From Bacillota bacterium (lineage in GTDB: Bacteria > Bacillota > Limnochordia > Darwinibacteriales > Darwinibacteriaceae), in assembly GCA_012518645.1 (NCBI GenBank), contig JAAYRS010000107.1:1-52754 (forward strand): a stretch of DNA of 52,754 bases, read 5' to 3'. The position numbers and the translations under genes are program-made. The number at the start of each line of letters is the position of its first letter. Position 1 is the first letter of the stretch. Of this stretch, positions 47,154-52,754 are shown piece by piece. The notes under the pieces were generated by a model that was given only the letters and a program-made list of their open reading frames with translations, ran no database searches and was not told the DNA's origin.

Positions 47154-48950
47154 CTATTCCACTTTCAATATAGCCATAAAGGCCTCTTGGGGGACTTCCA
47201 CATTACCAAGGCTTTTCATCCTGCGCTTGCCCTCTTTTTGCCTTTCCAAAAGTTTGCGCTTACGAGACACATCGCCGCCGTAGCATTTGGCTAAGACGTC
47301 TTTTCTCAATGCCCTAACTGTTTCCCGGGCAATAATCTTCGTACCAATAGCGGCCTGAATCGGCACTTCAAACTGCTGGCGTGGAATAACTTCTTTGAGT
47401 TTCTCAGCCAAGTTACGCCCCTTGCTTTCCGCTTTGTCTCGGTGGACAATACAGGAAAGGGCATCGATAGGATTGTTATTCAAAAGAATATCCAGTTTAA
47501 CCACGTCCGATTGACGATAGCCGATTAGTTCATAATCAAGGGAGGCATATCCTTTGGTCCGAGATTTTAAACGATCGAAAAAATCCATGATAATTTCCGC
47601 CAAGGGCAATTCGTAATCTAGGCGGGCCCTTTCCGGGGTGATGTATTCCAAGTTACCAAAAACGCCCCGGCGTTCCTGGCATATTTCCATGGCCGCACCG
47701 ACAAATTCATCGGGGACCATAATTGTAGCCCGCACAAACGGTTCCTCAATAAATTCAATTTTAGTGGGGGCCGGCAAGTCTGATGGGTTGTCGACTTCTT
47801 TTACTGAGCCATCTGTTAAAACGATCTGATAGACAACATTGGGGGCCGTTGTAATTAAATCCAAATCGAATTCCCGCTCCAAGCGTTCCTGTACTATTTC
47901 CAAGTGCAAGAGCCCTAAAAAACCGCAACGGTAGCCAAAGCCCAAAGCGGCCGAAGATTCCGCCTCATAGGTCAAAGCGGCATCGTTCAGCTGCAGCCGT
48001 TCTAAAGCCTCCCGCAAAGCCACATACTCCTCGTTGATTACCGGGTAAAGGCCCGAAAAAACCATTGGTTTAGCCGGACGGTACCCCGGAAGAGCCTCGG
48101 ATGAAGGCTTTTTCACTAAGGTTATGGTATCCCCGACCCTAGTGTCCCGGACATCTTTCATACTAGCCATCACACAACCGACATCACCCGGCCCCAAAGA
48201 TTTCACAGCAACTAAAGCCGGGCGGAAAACGCCGAGTTCACTAACTTCAAACTCCCGTCCCGTGCTCATCATCATAATATTATCCCCTACAGAAATAGTG
48301 CCATCAACTATACGGGCATAAGCGACGGCACCGCGGTATTGATCGTAATGGGAGTCAAAAATCATTGCCCTGGTTGCAGCCTGGGGATCGCCCTCCGGTG
48401 CCGGTATCCGCTCTACAATTGCCTCCAAGATTTGTTCAATACCCTCTCCCGTGCGGGCGCTGACTAAAATAGCTTCATCCCTGTCTAAACCAATAATCTC
48501 TTCTATCTGCCCTTTAACCCGTTCCGGATCAGCATTGGGCAGATCAATTTTATTAATCACGGGGATAATAGCTAAATTATGGTCCAAAGCCAGGTAAAGA
48601 TTTGCTAAAGTTTGCGCCTCTATACCTTGGGAAGCATCAATCACCAACAACGCCCCTTCACAGGCGGCTAGGCTTCTGGATACTTCATAGGAGAAGTCCA
48701 CATGGCCCGGCGTATCAATCAAATTTAAAATGTATTCTTCTCCGTCCCGGGCCTCGTAACTTAAGCGGACGGCCTGCAGCTTAATGGTAATACCCCGTTC
48801 TCGTTCCAAGTCCATGGAATCCAAGACCTGATCAGCCATTTCCCGTTCGCTTAAAGTGCCGGTGTGTTCTAAAATACGATCCGCTAAAGTGCTTTTCCCA
48901 TGATCAATATGGGCAATTATTGAAAAATTTCGAATGTTCTTCTGGGACAT
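47154..48950 (-). CDS. lepA: Translation elongation factor 4 (LepA)
   Basis: 598 aa with the N-terminus [20 protein letters not shown], the G domain and the LepA-specific C-terminal domain. Confidence 0.97.
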   Translation of the reverse strand: MSQKNIRNFSIIAHIDHGKSTLADRILEHTGTLSEREMADQVLDSMDLERERGITIKLQAVRLSYEARDGEEYILNLIDTPGHVDFSYEVSRSLAACEGALLVIDASQGIEAQTLANLYLALDHNLAIIPVINKIDLPNADPERVKGQIEEIIGLDRDEAILVSARTGEGIEQILEAIVERIPAPEGDPQAATRAMIFDSHYDQYRGAVAYARIVDGTISVGDNIMMMSTGREFEVSELGVFRPALVAVKSLGPGDVGCVMASMKDVRDTRVGDTITLVKKPSSEALPGYRPAKPMVFSGLYPVINEEYVALREALERLQLNDAALTYEAESSAALGFGYRCGFLGLLHLEIVQERLEREFDLDLITTAPNVVYQIVLTDGSVKEVDNPSDLPAPTKIEFIEEPFVRATIMVPDEFVGAAMEICQERRGVFGNLEYITPERARLDYELPLAEIIMDFFDRLKSRTKGYASLDYELIGYRQSDVVKLDILLNNNPIDALSCIVHRDKAESKGRNLAEKLKEVIPRQQFEVPIQAAIGTKIIARETVRALRKDVLAKCYGGDVSRKRKLLERQKEGKRRMKSLGNVEVPQEAFMAILKVE

Positions 48951-48989
48951 ACGTTTACCAATTCCTCCACAAATGATCTAGTCTCCTTT

Positions 48990-49018
48990 AGTATAGCATA
49001 AAATAAGAGGATATAAAA
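48990..49018 (-). promoter_or_regulatory. Possible extended -10 promoter for lepA
   Basis: Minus strand reads TGcTATACT (48998..48990). Only a weak -35 (TTTTAT) sits at 17-nt spacing. Confidence 0.3.
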
Positions 49019-49039
49019 ATCAGGATCTGCGGCAGACGC

Positions 49040-50629
49040 CTATTCTAACCCTTTTTTGGGCCTTTTCTCAAGCCCCTTTTTAACCAGGTTCCGAACAAAA
49101 CGCATTTCTTCCATTTTAAGCAGGCGGCTTAAAACAAGGTAAACTAGGATACCCATTGCAATTGCCCCAAAGGTCTGCGAAAGCTGACCTAATTTACGAT
49201 GCACATCTAACACAGATCCTAAATAGGTACTGGTCCTGCTAACAACAAAGCCCATGGCTGCAGCAGAAACCCCCGCTTTTAAAATAGTGTTTAAAAGGGC
49301 GCGTCCTCTGATCCCGCCCAGCTTTTTGCGGAGCACAACTAGGGCCACTAACATATTTAAGAGTGAACTTAAAGAAAAGGCTAAGGCCAGGCCCCCGTGG
49401 CCTAAGCTGGTCCATCGAAGAAATGCTAAACTAAGCAGGAAATTAGCGGCCACTGTGACCAGCCCAATTTTTAGCGGGGTAAGCGTATCTTGAATCGAAT
49501 AGTAACCGCGAGTCGTTACTTGAATGGTGGCTTGGGCCAAAAGCCCGGGAGCATAAAACAATAAGGCGAAAGCCGTTGCCCGGCTGTCTAAAACGGTAAA
49601 TTCACCTGACTCAAATAACAAGCGAACAATAGGGACCCTTAAAAATGCCATCCCCACGGCGGAAGGGATGGTAATAAAGAAAACAACTCCCAATCCAAAG
49701 GAAAGAGTACGGCGAAATTCGTCTAGTTCTCCTTGCGCCCTCAACCTAGCCAAGGTGGGAAAAATTGCCGTGGAAATGCCCATGGCAAAAACCCCAAGGG
49801 GAAAATTCATTAAGCGGTTTGCTAAGCGCAAAGCAACGATGGAGCCTGTTTCCAAAGTCGAAGCCAGGTTTTGGCTGATAATAATATTAATCTGGGCTAT
49901 AGAAAGCCCAACAACAGCAGGAAGCATTAAACTTCCCATCTTACGAATGCCGGGATGCTTAAGATCTAAAATGGGCCGATAGTAGCGGGCCCTTTTGTAA
50001 ACTTGGGGAAATTGAATTGAAAGACTGCCCACGGCTCCCAACACGGTGCCCACAGCCATGCCCATGATTCCCATTACGGGGCCCAGAAGGTAAGCGCCGA
50101 GAATTTGACCCAGATTATAAATTATGGGGCCCAGGGCCGACAGGGTAAATTTTTGGTAAGAATTTAAAATTCCCATGGCCAGGCCGGACAAGGCCGTAAA
50201 AAACACGGCGGGAAAAGTCACCCGCATCAGAAGGACCAAGAGCTCTTTCTGCTCCCCTGAAAACCCGATTCCCACTAAAGGAGCTAGGCTAGGAGTAAAA
50301 ATCAGGCCCAGGATCATTACTGCCAAGAGGGCTAGGATGGTCAAATTTAAAAAAATGCTAGCTACATACCAGGCTTCTTTTTCTTCATCCCTGGTTAAGT
50401 ATTGGGTAAAAATTGGGATAAACGCCGAGCTTAAGGCCCCGCCTACTAAAAGCTGATACATTAAATCCGGAAGGGCAAAGGCAGCATAAAAAACATCCGT
50501 TGTCCCGGTCCGGCCGAACACTTCGGCAATCGCTCTTTCTCGTAAAAACCCAAGAACTCTGCTAATTAGTATGGCGAACATTACCACGCCTGCAGCTTTG
50601 GCTACCCGTTCTCTGCTTTCTGCCACCAT
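49040..50629 (-). CDS. murJ: Lipid II flippase MurJ (MviN family)
   Basis: 529 aa with about 14 TM segments and the MurJ N-terminal pattern SRVLGFLRE...FG....DVFYAAFALPD. Confidence 0.85.
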   Translation of the reverse strand: MVAESRERVAKAAGVVMFAILISRVLGFLRERAIAEVFGRTGTTDVFYAAFALPDLMYQLLVGGALSSAFIPIFTQYLTRDEEKEAWYVASIFLNLTILALLAVMILGLIFTPSLAPLVGIGFSGEQKELLVLLMRVTFPAVFFTALSGLAMGILNSYQKFTLSALGPIIYNLGQILGAYLLGPVMGIMGMAVGTVLGAVGSLSIQFPQVYKRARYYRPILDLKHPGIRKMGSLMLPAVVGLSIAQINIIISQNLASTLETGSIVALRLANRLMNFPLGVFAMGISTAIFPTLARLRAQGELDEFRRTLSFGLGVVFFITIPSAVGMAFLRVPIVRLLFESGEFTVLDSRATAFALLFYAPGLLAQATIQVTTRGYYSIQDTLTPLKIGLVTVAANFLLSLAFLRWTSLGHGGLALAFSLSSLLNMLVALVVLRKKLGGIRGRALLNTILKAGVSAAAMGFVVSRTSTYLGSVLDVHRKLGQLSQTFGAIAMGILVYLVLSRLLKMEEMRFVRNLVKKGLEKRPKKGLE

Positions 50630-50692
50630 ATTTCTTCCGCTCCTCTGTGCTCCAACAAGATAAATGATTCGCCTCGAAGACGTGAACTCCTT

Positions 50693-51781
50693 TTAGAGCA
50701 CCCGAGCGAAAACATTGGCCAGCAGTTCAGCTGATAATAAAGCCTCCTCTAATGTGTTTTCCACAGAACCCAACTCCACAATTATGCTTCTAGGATGCAG
50801 ATGCTGATTATAACGAGCATCTTTTTGAATCTGGATAGGGCGCATCAAACCCGGATACATTTCATCGCAAACATTTTTTACACTATGGGCGAAATCAAGA
50901 TTGCTTCGAAAATTCGGATGAGCTAAGGGTATTTTTTCCGCCGTACCTATAACCAAGGCTAAGCGAGCCACTTTTAGACCGTTAATTATCGTTGTGGGAT
51001 TGGGCACTGCCGCATCCCGATGCAAATCAAGGACCATCTGCAGATTCTTTTCTTGGGCCAGGATCTCCCGAACAGTTTTTTCTGAATTGCCGTAGGAATG
51101 ATTGATGTTGGGCAATGTATGGACTCTAGTTTCATGAAGAACAGTAATTCCCAGACGGCTAAGAGCATTTGCCAAGTGGCGGCCGACGGACATAACACCT
51201 GTTATGGTAGGATCAGCAAGATTTCGGAATTGATAATGAGCCTCCTGGGAGCGGCTGGCCGGCACCGTACGCCCCAAATACATTTCGGAAGTGTGGGTGT
51301 GGTAGATTAAGACCTGGACAGAATCGATCTTGGAAGTTTGCTCCGCCCTCAGCCCCTTACCGGGCCTTTCAGGCCGGATAGGATCGGGACCAAAGGATAA
51401 TTCTTTAATAAACACAAAAGGGCGCTCCTCCCAAATCCTAGCATGGGTGGTAGGGCGCAGGTTAAAAGGGAGGGTTTTTTCTAAAATAGTAAGGGGATCC
51501 CCCAAGTCGTAATTTGTAAACAAAAAAATAAAGGAACGCAGTTCTAAACGCCCCGCGTCCAAACCTTCATATTCGCTGGAATAAGGCATTCCCCAGCGCA
51601 GCAAAGTACGGGCCAAGGAATGATCGAAATTATTTTCCCGGAAAAAGAGCTGGTAACTTCCGCTAACAAGGATAATTAAGATAAATAACAAGATCATCAA
51701 GGGAACTGCCCTCGGGGTTCGGCGCAAAAGACTAAGACGCCGGCGCATCCTGGTAGAAAAGCCACGAAACCTAAGGCGCAT
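50693..51781 (-). CDS. spoIIP: Stage II sporulation protein P
   Basis: 362 aa with an N-terminal TM and the SpoIIP amidase-like core (VLIYHTHTSEMY...LDLHRD). It lies near gpr and lepA, as in Bacillus. Confidence 0.85.
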   Translation of the reverse strand: MRLRFRGFSTRMRRRLSLLRRTPRAVPLMILLFILIILVSGSYQLFFRENNFDHSLARTLLRWGMPYSSEYEGLDAGRLELRSFIFLFTNYDLGDPLTILEKTLPFNLRPTTHARIWEERPFVFIKELSFGPDPIRPERPGKGLRAEQTSKIDSVQVLIYHTHTSEMYLGRTVPASRSQEAHYQFRNLADPTITGVMSVGRHLANALSRLGITVLHETRVHTLPNINHSYGNSEKTVREILAQEKNLQMVLDLHRDAAVPNPTTIINGLKVARLALVIGTAEKIPLAHPNFRSNLDFAHSVKNVCDEMYPGLMRPIQIQKDARYNQHLHPRSIIVELGSVENTLEEALLSAELLANVFARVL

Positions 51782-51828
51782 TTCACCACCTCTTCTCTTC
51801 CCAAATATATTTGTCCCGGTGGTGAAAT
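51780..51828. repeat. 11-bp perfect inverted repeat spanning the spoIIP start/SD and its upstream region
   Basis: ATTTCACCACC (51780..51790) and GGTGGTGAAAT (51818..51828) are separated by 27 nt. Confidence 0.8.
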
Positions 51829-51873
51829 ATGATAAACTAGGAATAACCTAGTTTCTGGAAAGGGAATGATAAG

Positions 51874-52425
51874 ATGCGCTTTTTAAAAATAGTGGCCCTT
51901 CTCTTGATTTTGGCCGCCTTGCTCTGGGGTACCCTGCAAATGATGCATTTAAAAACCGAAATTGCTTCTTTAGAGGAGCAATTACAGCGCTCAAAACCCG
52001 AGGAACAGCGAAGATACTCCGGGCCGGAGAAAGCCCTTATCTATCTAATTAGGGAAACTCCCGCTAGTTTTGAACTAGTGCCTGTCAGCCGTACAACTGC
52101 CGGGCCGCTAAACCCTTTCACGTCCCTTCAAGCTTTGATAAACGGTCCATTAGCTTACGAAAACTTTGTTGAATCGGTACCGCACACAACGGAGATACTT
52201 AGCCTTGAGATTGAAGAGAAAACTGCCAAAGCCAACTTCAGCCAAGAAATTGTAACAGATTTTGTAGGCGGCTCCAGCAATGAAGCCAATTTAGTACAGG
52301 CGATAGTAAACACTCTGACCGAATTCCCAGAAATAGAACAGGTTCAAATCTTGGTAGAGGGTCAGGAAATTGAATCCATCGGGGGCCACATCCTTATCCT
52401 AGGGCCCTTAACAAGGGACAACTGA
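51874..52425 (+). CDS. GerM-domain (GerMN) sporulation/germination lipoprotein-like protein
   Basis: 183 aa with an N-terminal TM/signal sequence and the GerMN pattern (ALIYLI...LVPVSR...ALINGP...VPHTTEILSLEIEEKTAKANFS...TLTEFPEIEQVQILVEG). Confidence 0.65.
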   Translation: MRFLKIVALLLILAALLWGTLQMMHLKTEIASLEEQLQRSKPEEQRRYSGPEKALIYLIRETPASFELVPVSRTTAGPLNPFTSLQALINGPLAYENFVESVPHTTEILSLEIEEKTAKANFSQEIVTDFVGGSSNEANLVQAIVNTLTEFPEIEQVQILVEGQEIESIGGHILILGPLTRDN

Positions 52426-52451
52426 AGAGAACCCCGGAAATACCTACACTT

Positions 52452-52754
52452 TTACCTGGCTAAGTACTTAAAGACCTCATCATAACTAACCCCCTCATGG
52501 AAAGAGGTGTTCAAAGCTCCGGCAACAACATCGCTGACCTCGTCGATTAAAACGTCGATCTCTTTCGGGGTCACAATCATTGTCCCCATATAGGGCTCCA
52601 GGACTTGGCTGATCAGACGGCGCTTTTCCCGAAAAGAAGGCCCCGGCGGGGGGGTTTCTGCTTTTTGGGGACCCAGCAAAAACTGGGGATCCACTTCAAA
52701 CTCCGTCTTCGTAGTTTTTCGGTCCTCATGGCTTTCAATACCGCCTTTTTCCAA
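52452..52754 (-). CDS. gpr: Germination protease GPR, C-terminal part; gene continues past the window end
   Basis: The C-terminus ...EKRRLISQVLEPYMGTMIVTPKEIDVLIDEVSDVVAGALNTSFHEG... closely matches my recollection of the B. subtilis Gpr tail (MVTPKEVD...VxAxGLNxALH). Its position next to spoIIP is conserved. Confidence 0.7.
   Translation of the reverse strand: MEKGGIESHEDRKTTKTEFEVDPQFLLGPQKAETPPPGPSFREKRRLISQVLEPYMGTMIVTPKEIDVLIDEVSDVVAGALNTSFHEGVSYDEVFKYLAR

Overview
This is a 52.8-kb core-chromosome segment from an endospore-forming Firmicute. The gene content looks Clostridia-like (spoIIP, gpr, yqfC/yqfD, a GerM-like gene, sigI/rsgI). I recognise 53 protein genes. Fifty are on the minus strand, in tightly packed and often overlapping operons. 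In minus-strand transcription order (high to low coordinates) the content is: gpr (partial), [GerM-like, +], spoIIP, murJ, lepA, hemW, CIRCE-hrcA-grpE-dnaK-dnaJ-prmA-rsmE-mtaB, HIT, rpsU, nfeD-floA-yqfB-like, yqfC-yqfD, phoH-pgpH-ybeY-dgkA/PAP2-cdd-era, sigI-rsgI-queA-tgt-yajC, a secreted-protein/PP2C/P-loop triad, hom-thrC-thrB, secD-secF, [hpt, +], recJ-apt-relA-dtd-MBL-hemZ, a parvulin PPIase, hisS-aspS, [holin-like, +], a probable 6S RNA, tcdA-rarA, and an Rrf2 regulator (partial). The layout amounts to two gene blocks that are conserved in Bacillus subtilis (dnaK..era and queA..cymR), joined together with a few insertions. I saw no tRNA or rRNA genes, CRISPR array, transposase, integrase, reverse transcriptase or recognisable defence genes. 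Many ORF-track starts are too far upstream, so I re-set them using Shine-Dalgarno (SD) spacing and neighbouring promoters or terminators. I did not find compelling evidence for a wholly new multi-gene system. The items most worth follow-up are: (1) an unannotated ~220-nt structured RNA in the aspS-tcdA gap, probably 6S RNA; (2) an uncharacterised three-gene module of secreted protein, RsbX-like PP2C phosphatase and minimal P-loop NTPase, with a repeat-rich leader; (3) an orphan holin-like gene; (4) sigI-rsgI translationally coupled to queA; (5) a DgkA-PAP2 fusion; (6) hisS-aspS lacking a T-box and sitting directly behind a strong terminator. All homology calls come from motif and sequence recognition by eye, not from searches.
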